Shown in pieces: positions 37,138-47,807 of a stretch of DNA of 64,000 nucleotides. The DNA is taken from contig JASVEC010000011.1 in NCBI GenBank assembly GCA_030770535.1, positions 992,001 through 1,056,000 on the forward strand, given 5' to 3'. The notes under the pieces are model-generated. The model did not search any database. It was not told the DNA's origin and worked only from the letters and a program-made list of their open reading frames with translations. The DNA comes from Batkoa obscura (lineage: Eukaryota). The position numbers and the translations under genes were made by a program. Positions within the stretch are counted from its first letter, which is position 1, and the number at the start of each line of letters is the position of its first letter.

Positions 37138-38841
37138 CTAAGTAATATCAACATTTAATAATTGATTTCTATCATCTAATAAGCTACTTACTTGCTTACT
37201 AAATATTGAAACTTTTAAATTCTCAGTTATTTTTGTAAGATAAGCTGGGGTTGACCTTTTAATTTTTCTATCCTCTATAGACTCTATAACTTTAATTGAA
37301 ATTATATCGCTTTTTTTTGATCTATCAGATACTGGATAACAGTATAGTTTTTTACCACGTTTAATAAAATGTAAATACTTTTTAATACCTTTTATTTTTA
37401 TTATTTTTTTTGTATCTTTGTTTCTTTCATACTTTTTAAAAATTATATTTGTTTTCCCATTATTGACAGTTGAGTTATTAAATCTATTATTTTCACAAAC
37501 AAAAATCTCAAATTTTGAAATTAATTGATCAATATCTTCTATTTTACCTAATGCTTCAAGACTATTTTTCCACTGTGAAAGATTTCCAAAATGCCCGTCA
37601 ACTATACTTTTTCCATGATGCTCAGCAAAAAAATTAAGATCAATATTTAAACTACTATTTATTTTATGACTTTCTTCAAATACATAATGTAAAAACTCTT
37701 GAGATTTAAAATGATATCCTGTATCTGCCCATATATTAATTTTTGTAAACTTTTTAAACAAAGGCTCTTTAGATATTAAATCAATCAAACAATCTCCTGC
37801 ATATGCTGAATCATGATTTAATATTTCAGATAAATAATCAAAATAAACTTTGCCTATTGTTTTATCGTTTTTTAAATACAAAACGCCAAACCCTAATACT
37901 GATATAGCTTGTTTGTTATAATGATCTAAGTTTATTGGATCTGGTCTCGTTCCTATTTCCATATTTTGTTTAAAGTCTAAAATTATTATACAACTTCTAT
38001 TATTTAATTTTTCAATAGTTTCATTAAGTATGTTTTTTTGAGTATCAACACAAAATTCATGTAATTTATATAACCTTTTTTCTTTATTAAAAGATTCCTG
38101 TATCTCTGCTTTATTTTCTGTCGCTGTATTTATTTTATTTTCAAATAACTTTTTTCTAACTGTATACTGGGCACATATATTACATAAATCTGTTTTTCTT
38201 GCTGGATTTTTAAAATTATTTGGTATATATTTGAAAAATGTTGACCTAGCTACTGCTTTATCTTTTAAATCATTAAAATACTTACTGTATATCATTCTTC
38301 TACTTTTGTTTAATATATATATATTCTCTGACGAATATTTATCATTACTTTTTTTACTAAATCTTGATGAAATAGTTGAATTATCAAGTAAATATTGTAT
38401 AATAATCTCGATTTGCTCATCTTTAATTTTTTTTGTATTTTTGATAGTAGGTCGTAATGTTGGTATTTTATTATTATTAATTATTTTTGAATAATCATAT
38501 TGATTTTTACTTATATTAAATCCAAAACTTTTACATTCATCAAAAGAATATACTGAAGCTATAGTCGATAATAATGCTACTTGTTGGTTTTTATTTCCTG
38601 TTTCCCTTAAAACACTAATTTTATACATTGCTTGATTAAGTTTGTTATTATTAATAGTAAAATTTAATAATATTTCTTTTCTTTTTTTTGTTTTATTATA
38701 AAATTCCATAAACTTTGGGCAATTGTGAATAGTTGCTAAAATTGATGTAAATGAATTACAATGTTTATATAATGTGCTTCTCCCTACCGTATTAAAGTTT
38801 TTAGAAATTCCATTTCGAAGTTTAGTTATAAAAGCTTGCAT
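37138..38841 (-). CDS. Sola2-like DDD transposase (567 aa)
   Basis: RSTFFKYIP, CxxC...H, DFKQN, LNHD, WADTGYHFK and NFFAEHHGKSIVDGHFG motifs, inside TIRs. The superfamily call rests on motif recall. Confidence 0.75.
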   Translation of the reverse strand: MQAFITKLRNGISKNFNTVGRSTLYKHCNSFTSILATIHNCPKFMEFYNKTKKRKEILLNFTINNNKLNQAMYKISVLRETGNKNQQVALLSTIASVYSFDECKSFGFNISKNQYDYSKIINNNKIPTLRPTIKNTKKIKDEQIEIIIQYLLDNSTISSRFSKKSNDKYSSENIYILNKSRRMIYSKYFNDLKDKAVARSTFFKYIPNNFKNPARKTDLCNICAQYTVRKKLFENKINTATENKAEIQESFNKEKRLYKLHEFCVDTQKNILNETIEKLNNRSCIIILDFKQNMEIGTRPDPINLDHYNKQAISVLGFGVLYLKNDKTIGKVYFDYLSEILNHDSAYAGDCLIDLISKEPLFKKFTKINIWADTGYHFKSQEFLHYVFEESHKINSSLNIDLNFFAEHHGKSIVDGHFGNLSQWKNSLEALGKIEDIDQLISKFEIFVCENNRFNNSTVNNGKTNIIFKKYERNKDTKKIIKIKGIKKYLHFIKRGKKLYCYPVSDRSKKSDIISIKVIESIEDRKIKRSTPAYLTKITENLKVSIFSKQVSSLLDDRNQLLNVDIT

Positions 38842-38932
38842 TTTGTTTTTATTTTAACAAAAAACAAAGTCAAATAACTATATAATTATATATTATATAG
38901 CTATTGAATATTTAATAAAAAATACAAAACAC

Positions 38933-39292
38933 TGTGAAATATCGTTTCATCATCTCTGTGATTGATTATCGCATAATAATCACTTAACTTGTTTACAAAA
39001 CTAGTTGAGTATAAAATAGATTCTTCAACATAATAGCTCAAGGCTTTTTAATTAAATTGTTCCCTAATATTTTACTTTTAATAAAGCCACTAAATCTTTC
39101 TGATAATATCTTATGTAGATTTTATAGTAATATCCTGTATTCTATTTATTTTACATAGCTCGTAGCTTATTGCGTATTACTCCTATTGATTTAAGTCTAT
39201 CTTAGCTACATAAACTAAGGCCTTTTGACTTACGGCCAGTTAACTAAGCTAGAGCTGCTTTCAACTCCAATTGCTGAGTACTAACTTTCACA
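38933..39292 (-). mobile_element. 360-bp diverged LTR-like copy upstream of the transposase
   Basis: TGTGAAAGTTAGTACTCAG...GATATTTCACA on the minus strand; AACAC/AACAT flanks (near 5-bp TSD). Confidence 0.72.
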
Positions 39293-39736
39293 AACATATA
39301 ATCAAAAAAATAAAATAAAATAAAATAAAATAAATAAAATAAGTCTTTAAGTTAAATTTTTATATTTAATTTTAAGCTTTTTAAATTTAGCTAATCATAC
39401 ATTAAAGACTTACAAATTTAAAAACTTAAAATTTGGATTAATTTCTAGTTAAATTCTGAAACCAATTCGGACACCCCCAATATAAGCAAGTAATTTATAA
39501 AAAATAATTAAAAATAAAATTAATCAACTTTTAAATAAAAAATAAATAAAGTTAAAAAATAACTTTTAGCTTAAAGCTGATAAAATATTTAAATTAACAA
39601 ATTTTCTATTAATAATAGTTCATAAAATGATAATAGAAAATGTACTTACTAATTAAATTAAAAAATTCCTTACAATAATTTAAGATTTATTGACTTGATA
39701 GTTGAGTATACTTGTTTTAAGCTAAAAAAAAACACA

Positions 39737-39808
39737 AGGACCCACCGAGAATCGAACTCGGATTACAAGGATCAAAACCTTGGGTGCTAACCATTACACC
39801 ATGGATCC
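39737..39808 (-). tRNA. tRNA-Gln (TTG), identical to 31949-32020
   Basis: Identical 72-nt sequence, followed by an oligo-T terminator on the minus strand. Confidence 0.96.
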
Positions 39809-40294
39809 TAATTTTCTTAAACTTACGAATTTTTTATTACTATATAAAACGTTTTTCAATAACAATAATAATCTAGAATTTAAATTATTATTAACTTAAA
39901 AAACTTCAAATATAATAGGAAATTCAATAATAATTAGATACAAAAGTAAACAAAATCGAAATCCTTACACTAGCTTTATAATTTTTAACATCATTGTTAA
40001 TAACTTAGATAAAAAGGATTTAATAAAATAAACTATTATAAAAACAAATAAATTATCTACTTTATTAAAACTCAACACCTAATTTTATTTCAAATAAAAA
40101 ATTTTAACTTATTTTTTTACCTTAATACTAAACTTAAAAAACATAATGAACTTAGTATTAAAATATTTTAAATTTCCATTTATTTAACCTTTATTAATAT
40201 ATGTTTAAATATATGAGTAATTTTTTAAATTCTAAATTTAATAAAAAATAAAATAAAATAAAATAAAAATATTTAAGAATATTTAAGAATATTT

Positions 40295-41235
40295 AAGAAT
40301 ATTTAAACCAGTTTTAGAGTTTGGTTAAAAATTAATTTAAATTTTAAGCTTTTACTTATAAATTTTATAAAACATTATTTTATCAGCTTTATAATTAATT
40401 ATAATATAATAATAATTTGTGAAAGTTGATACTCAGTGGTAGGAGTTAAAAGCAGTTCTTGCTTAATTAACTTGCCTTGAGTCGAACAATCTTAGTTTAT
40501 ATGACTAAGATAGACTTAAATGAATAAGAATAATACATAATAAGCTACGAATTATGTAAAACAAATAGAATAGAAGATACTACTGTAAAATCTACGTAAG
40601 ATATTGTCAGAAAGACTTAGTGGCTTTATTAATGATACAATATCAGGGAGTAATTCAATTAAAAAAGCCTCGAGTTACTATGTCGAAGAATCTCTTTTAT
40701 ACTCCGACTGAATGGGTATATATAAGGAACATTATAACAGTTATTCCTTATTATAGTTGCCAAGTATGGACATTAAAACGTGGACAATAAGTTCTTCGTG
40801 ATCAGGTGGTAGCAATCCTCACAGCAAATCTATATAAGGAACTCTGAATTGATTATTATATTACAATCAATCATAGAGCTAATGAACCGATATTTCACAT
40901 TTAATAGCAAATCTGTAATGTTAGCTATAAAGCAGTTAATAGTAAATATTTCTTAATGTTGTTTTATAAGAATATGCATTTATTTATATATTACAACTGG
41001 TTAATATTAATATATAAGCTATATCAGTAAAACCCTTACTAATCCTGGAATTTGCATTAAATTTAATAGAAATCCTGCTAACTTACAACATAAACTATAA
41101 TAAAATAATTTAAAACTGTGTTGGGTATTTTTGATTTTTAATAAAGAATTTATCTTTATAGAATATTAAGCAAAGTTTTAAAATATATAACTTTTAAAAA
41201 TTGAATAAAAAAATGAAACCAATTCAGACATCCCC
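40295..41235. mobile_element. Non-autonomous Sola2-like copy (inverted) with nested LTR-like element
   Basis: Well-preserved TIR ending at 41235 (ATAT flank); 40295-40352 aligns ungapped to 39421-39478 as a decayed opposite end. Confidence 0.75.
40418..40899 (+). mobile_element. 482-bp solo-LTR-like element, copy 3
   Basis: Almost identical to 35448-35929; no TSD. Confidence 0.78.
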
Positions 41236-41705
41236 ATATATTCATTAAAAATTTTGAATTTATTTATTTATTTAATACAATTATTATATTATTATAAGTT
41301 AGATGATATTAATTTTAATATTGCATATAATTTGTCAAATTATATATTGAATTTTATATATAAAATTGAATTTGTTTCTTGTAAATAATCATAAAGACCC
41401 AGTTATAAAGCGTGAGTATAAGCCCATTTACATAGTAAGTTAATAATTATAAAAACGAATATGTTATTAAAAGAACAAAAGTAATAAATAAAATAGTTTA
41501 TTATTTAATATTTTATAATTTGAATAAAATTGGAGTTCAATTTTAGTAACATCAAGTTCAAGCTTGAATGTTGAAATTTTAATTAACAAATAATTCATTG
41601 CAAAACTTTCCAAACAACAAATAATGACCACATCAATTCTCAAAATCTAATATTAAAAACCAAAGTTTCTTTTACTTTTTAAACAATACAGCAATCATAA
41701 AAAAA

Positions 41706-42666
41706 ATGGAAAATATCTATACAACATTAAGAGAGAGTTTAGAGAAAGATTTGAAACTTTTGGAATTAAAATTAAAGGATATCGAACCTTATACAAACGA
41801 AAATAGTAATTTTGATGAAATTAAATTTCTTGATTTACCCGATATAATATCGGAAGCGCGTCTTCAATTTGCTGAAGTAGAAAGAAATTTGAAAGTAAAT
41901 AATCTTATTTTTTTTTATTAAATAGTAATTAATATTTTATTAGAACTTTTCTTTGGCTGAAAATTCTTTTACTCCAGAAAAACAGCATTTGGAAGAATAT
42001 GAAATTCAATATCAAAAGTAATTTATTTTTTTATTTTTTATTTTTGTAGGTTAATGTGCTATTAGATGTAGAGCCAAATTCCGTAGCTCAATATTAAAAT
42101 CTAAACAAATAAATGATAAATATAATCAACGATTACTACTTAAAAGTAATAATGAATCTACACTAAGGAATCGAAGATCCAAAAAAGATAGTCATGAACA
42201 AAAAGGATTGATTAAAAAAGCCACTTCTGTCACTGATTCACTCAAAAGAACGAGCGAATTATTACAATCAGAAATTGAAAAGAGTAGTACAAGTTATAAA
42301 GTATTATCGGATAGTTCCAAGTTATTAAGTGATACTAATACAGCTTATTCTTTTATTGAAAATACTTTAATACAATCCAAATCGTTATTAAAAAATTTAG
42401 AATGGAATGATCTATTAGATTATATCGTTTTATGGCTTGGGTTTATGGTCTTTTTATCTACGGTTTTATATGTTATTACTAAGAGAATTCCTTTGCCTTT
42501 TGGAAACGCATTTTCATTGACCATATATTTATTATCTCTTCCACTAAAATTAATCTTCTATTCTTCAAGCACAGCTATAACTAGTAGTACCGGGATAGCT
42601 ACTACGGAACCTATTTATTATAGGTTGGATTTAATCAATTCCATGTGTCCATTATATCCATCTTAG
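41706..42666 (+). CDS. SEC20: Sec20/BNIP1 ER SNARE, 3 exons
   Basis: VTDSLKRTSELLQSEIEKS...SKSLLKNLE coiled coil followed by a transmembrane segment ending KRI. Confidence 0.8.
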
Positions 42667-42810
42667 CTTTTCATTTAAATCTTATTATATTAATAAATAA
42701 AATAAATCAAAATAAACTTCCACTTAACAAATTTAAAAAAAAATTACTAGTTTTTTTAAATATATTATCTATTTTATTGCTATATAATTTAAGTTTTTAC
42801 TTATATTAAA

Positions 42811-43662
42811 TTAATAATAAGGTTCATCTAAAAATAAAGAATGTTTAGTTATCAATCCTAAAATATAAAACAATTTTACCATTGCCATAATCATCATAAT
42901 CATTTTCTCCATTATCAAAATAATTTTCTCCATAATCTCCTTCAATTTCATCATCTTCATTATAAACTTCGCCATCTTCTTCAGGTTCAACTTCTTCTTC
43001 TTCCTAAAATAATTATATGTTAGCAATTCGCATTCCATAAAATCATTTTGTAAAATTTACTTGGTTATCTGTATTATTTTCCAATGCATCAATACGTTTC
43101 ATATAATCAATTTTATACGATTTAACTAAAATAAAACAAAAATCCTAATTAATACCAAATCCAAAATAAAGCCCATCTTTAACTTACATATTTTAGTTTT
43201 AGTTTTATCAACAACGGAATGTAATTCCGAAGGAAAATAACATAAATCCGTTGTAATATGGGTCAACAAAGCCCTTGGATCATATTCCAATTCTCTAGTC
43301 GAATATTTATCTGAATATCTTTCAATCTTTTGAGTTCTAGATGGTGTTTTTAGATAGGAAGGGGAGGCCTTAAACTCTCTTAAAATAGCCCGATAATCAC
43401 GAGTTAATTTTTTATTTTTTTCATTTAATTCTAATCGGTTTGGTAAATCTTCAAATAACTAAATAGATTAGTTTTTTAAAAAGAATTTTTATTTATTTGA
43501 TTAAGATTGACTTACTGGATATTTCTCAGGTGGTCCAACTCGATTATAAGCCCCCGCTTCTTGCATTAAATTAATATTATCCCCAGTAGCAAATTGTCCA
43601 AACGCTGGATTTGCTCCTACTCGGCCTCCACCTCGTCCTCTTCCGCCTCGGGATCGATTCAT
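42811..43662 (-). CDS. RPC31: RNA polymerase III subunit RPC31/RPC7, 5 exons
   Basis: MNRSRGGRGRGG start, PPEKYP, IERYSDKY, YFPSEL, and an acidic tail (DYGENYFDNGENDYDD). Confidence 0.85.
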
Positions 43663-44565
43663 TGACTTTGAAATTGCTCTTTTGAGAGTAAATTGAACTC
43701 TAACTTTGCAAATTAAATTTGGAAAATTGGCAAAGCAATTTGAATCAAACTTGCCCAAGTTATTTTGGAAGGTTTTTGATTAACCAATCAAAGCTAATAT
43801 CTTGAAGCAATTTTGGATTGAATCTCAATCCATATTTCTGCTAATTTAAAAATATTATTGAATATAGAGTTGATTGAATATATATAAAAGATTCAATTTA
43901 AAACCTAAAGTACTTTTATTTAAAAAAATAGTTTATTATATTAATGATATAAAATTAATTGAAAGTATACTATATTATAAATAACGCTATTCAAATGAGT
44001 AATTAAAAAAACCCCAATTATTAATTATATTCTATTTATTTAAAAGAATTCCTTCTTCAGGTTATAGATATATAATAGCTTTTGATAGCTATATTATTCG
44101 ATAGCCTCAGTATAATGTCTTAATATCTTATTTCAATATGAAACGTTTCATATCTAAAAGTACCGACGTTAAAGGTTAATGGGAGTTTTTATAGAATTTA
44201 TTATATTATTTGAAATCATAGTTTATGTTGAAATGTTAAAAGTCGACAAATAATCACAATATAATGCATGAATATAATACAATAATAATACCAGTACTTG
44301 ACATTTAACCTAATCAAAAAATTCAAGCTACATCACTTTTACTGTGTTTGATTTACATTACTAATTATCAATGAAACCACAAGTTAGATATTCACGGCTA
44401 GTAAAACTCATTATAACTCCTCTAAGCAGCTATTTTAAAATCAGAAATTCATATGTAAGAAAATGAGAAAATCTTGTTTCTTTTAAATAATATATCAAAA
44501 TAAACTAAGTTATTAAAGAATGTGTTTTATAATCTATAAATTTAAACGGATATGATATCTATACT

Positions 44566-45003
44566 CTACCACTTAAGTTTGGCTTTAGCACTAAGTTTCT
44601 TTTTAGGTTTGTTAACTATTTTTGTATTAGTTTCTTCATCTCCCATCTCTAAATAAAATAAAAAATAAAAATAAAATTTAAGAAACAAAAAACCAATATT
44701 ACCTCCCGAGTTTCCTTTTGTCAATTTCTTTTGTTTTTGTTTTTCAAAAAACTTATTCATAGCAGCTTCTTTCCTAACAATTTTAGAACTAATGTTTTTC
44801 ATTATTTCTTTTCTTTGTTCTTTAGGGTCCAATGGTTCTTCTTCAATAATTTCGGTTGGCCCTTCTTTACCTTCAAAAGAAGTACCCTCTGCTTGTTTAG
44901 CTGCTAATCTTCTAATTCTCTCATCCTCAATTGGTTTATATATCTTTTCTCGACGTACACTTTCATGTTTACGTTTAATTTTAGAGCGTAAAGATCTGGC
45001 CAT
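44566..45003 (-). CDS. DUF2423/LLPH-like small basic protein, probable in-frame intron 44649-44702
   Basis: MARSLRSKIKRK...ERIRRLAAK N-terminus and KKKLSAKAKLKW C-terminus; 54-nt T-rich GT-AG segment. Confidence 0.75.
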   Translation of the reverse strand: MARSLRSKIKRKHESVRREKIYKPIEDERIRRLAAKQAEGTSFEGKEGPTEIIEEEPLDPKEQRKEIMKNISSKIVRKEAAMNKFFEKQKQKKLTKGNSGGNIGFLFLKFYFYFLFYLEMGDEETNTKIVNKPKKKLSAKAKLKW

Positions 45004-47807
45004 TTTATTGAATAAAAGAAAAATATTTTTTAATTAATTTTTATTAAAGTAGGATTTGAAAAACCACTAAAATTAGGTTTGATTGGTTAAATTCAAATTT
45101 GTTCAAAACTGGCATTGGTTTTATAATAAAGATACCACAGCTATTTATAAATTTAATTTTTTATTGTTTATAATAGTCGGATATTTAGATTACTGATGCT
45201 TCTATAAAGTGAAATAAAAAAATAAATCAAAATATAGGATAAAGCTTTAAGAGATTGAAGAGTATTTTTATAATTTTTTAAAATCTTTTCCATATACCTT
45301 AAAAGATATTAACACCACAGTCAGAATATAAAATAGCTAAATATACCATAATACTTGAATTATTCTATTTAATACTTTTATAAATATAAATACACCCCTT
45401 TTATTAGTCAAATAGAGCTATATACTACTTCATTATATACAACTACTTAAAACAGTTCAATGAACTATACTTTTAATATCTCACGTTAAATTAATAAAAC
45501 TTTGTTACTAAATTAAATGACTTTTATATTCTCAATCAACTTATATTGAAAATACAATAATTTCTCGTTGTTAGCAATCGTACTTTCACCTGATTTTTTC
45601 TTAATAAAATCCCTTTTATTTCATTATAATATTTTTTTCCAAAAAGTAATTTCCATATAATATAATATAATGTACTAAACACTCAATTTACTCCTCATTT
45701 ATTCGTTTTTACCACTTTTAGTATTATTTTCAATAAAATAAAACATTTATAAATAATTATCATAAAATTTGCCCTCTAACATGCCTGGGTTTCGTTACAT
45801 AAAATAGAATTTCAAGCCATGAAATATAACTTCTCAGATTAAAAGCTGACACAGTGGAATTAGATTATCCCCCCCCCCAACAGTGTAGTTTTTTCTCCTA
45901 TAATACTATTTGCCTCTTTTCCCGTTTTCTTTTGTCATTCAATTTTTTTATAGCTTCACTTTCTCCTAATAATAAACCACTTGGGAGCTTTGCTCATTTA
46001 AGCTTTAAAAATATACATAACAAAATAAAATAAAACATATAAAATAACTAACTGGAAGATTCATATTTGTAAGTTTCAAGAGATTTCAAGTCCTTAAGCC
46101 CAGTGACATACTAACTGGAGAGTTGATATAAGGCAAGGCAAGGTAAGCTCAATGTTTGACCAATGGAAGTGGGAAGCTTTAAAGCCTTCCCAAACAAATG
46201 TAAGGTAGATAGTATACTTTGAATTAAACTAATTATATTAATATAAGTGATAAAGGTTAAAGGTATAGTTTATTTTAGAAAGTAATTAAAAAAATTCTCA
46301 ATGAAGAGAGATCTCAGAGGAAGAGATTCAACCACTTGTGTACTTTTTATGAGTAAGAAATGCGTTTATTACCTACATTTTATGTTCATATTTAACATGT
46401 ATCATCAAAGTTAATAATGACCTTAGTATTGGTCTTCTTTGCATCATTTTGCAAAACGCATTCAACTTCTATTAAATCTTATTCAATCATAGCATTAGAT
46501 TTCGGAGAGTAGGGGATTTGATCAATAGTCTTGACAGTATCCAGTTTTGTCCCCTTTACTATTATTTGTAATGTTAAACTAAAATACTATAAATGAACTA
46601 TTAGTAGAAAAGTAATGTCCCAAATACTAACTAGATAAAATCGTGTTAATCGATGTAAGAAAAATGGGTACTAATTTTTGTGATATAAAGTAGGAGATAT
46701 TTAAGCTCAAAGGGCTACTAACATAAAGGTATCAGATTTTAATATATTAAGGTAAAAATAATACAAATGTTCGAATCCGTTGTATACTCAAAGATATTGG
46801 TAGTTCATATAATGAAAAAATAAGATAAATCAAATAACTTAGAGATTTTGACTTTTATACTAATTCTTTTATTGACTGTGGGATAAAACATATTTGCGGA
46901 CAATATAAGAGTTGGACGTTTTAGTACACAATTTTCATAGTGGAGATTTTATGAAATTTTTTAGAGATAGTGAACAATGAGTAGGAAGATATTATAGAAG
47001 CGGATTCAAATATGTATTTGTTGCTCCATAGATTGAGTAAAAGCTCAAATACATAAATCGGTATACTATATATATAAATGTTCTACTTATGGCATTAACT
47101 TTAACGTGAAGTTCTTTATCTGAGTTAGGCGAACAATTGGTGGTTAGAAATTTATATAGGAACGTCTTTTCTAATTTTGTTTGTACACATTTTATATAAC
47201 GTAAACTTATAAAGCATTGCTAGTTAAGTAATAAAATAAAAATCTTTTTGCAAAGTATACAATCATCGAAAATCTCAATACTTTACATGTTGTAAGATCT
47301 GTACATTTTTTCTATTTTGCTGCCTTGTTATTTCATAGCTCTTAACATATTTGGTTTCTCAACTTGGAACTCTATTTTTAAAAGCTAGGTGGTATATTGT
47401 AGCTTTTGAGGAAAATTAAATTTATTTTGGAACCTTTGATATCTTATATTATGTAAGGTTTGAATAGTAGCCCATAAAGTTCAAAAATAACACAAATTCC
47501 ATAATATCTTTAAGTTATATAGTAAGTTGATGTATTTTATAAATTTGTATAGTACAAAAATAAATGAATAAGAACCAAATGTTTTAAAAACTCTAAACCA
47601 TATAAGGAAATAGAGTCTATATTATAACTCGGTTGAATTGATCCAGAACCAAAAGATAGAATCTTCATTAATTGGTCGATTCATTAAGCAGGCTATAAAA
47701 TTGTTCCTTGTGATCTTTTGTTAAGCCACATAATTTTAAAAAGCTATAGGAACAACAAACTACTATATAATCCATATTATTTCATTCTTTCTCTTTTGAA
47801 GATTCGA

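Larger units (their letters stand above)
36605..39478 (-). mobile_element. Apparently autonomous cut-and-paste DNA transposon, Sola2-like (2874 bp)
   Basis: Perfect 22-bp TIRs GGGGGTGTCCGAATTGGTTTCA (36605-36626 and 39457-39478); uninterrupted transposase ORF; AATAT on both sides once the MITE is removed. Confidence 0.88.

Noticed and set aside
37138..38841. Fanzor/TnpB RNA-guided nuclease
   Set aside because: No RuvC motifs or C-terminal zinc finger recognised; the motifs and TIRs fit a DDD transposase.
35448..40899. Full-length LTR retrotransposon bounded by the two direct 482-bp repeats
   Set aside because: No gag/pol, PBS or polypurine tract seen; outer flanks do not match; each repeat sits in its own Sola copy.
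45780..47300. Possible hidden gene or transposase relic upstream of the TFIIB-like gene
   Set aside because: No ORF of 60 aa or more and no coherent exon chain could be built by eye.
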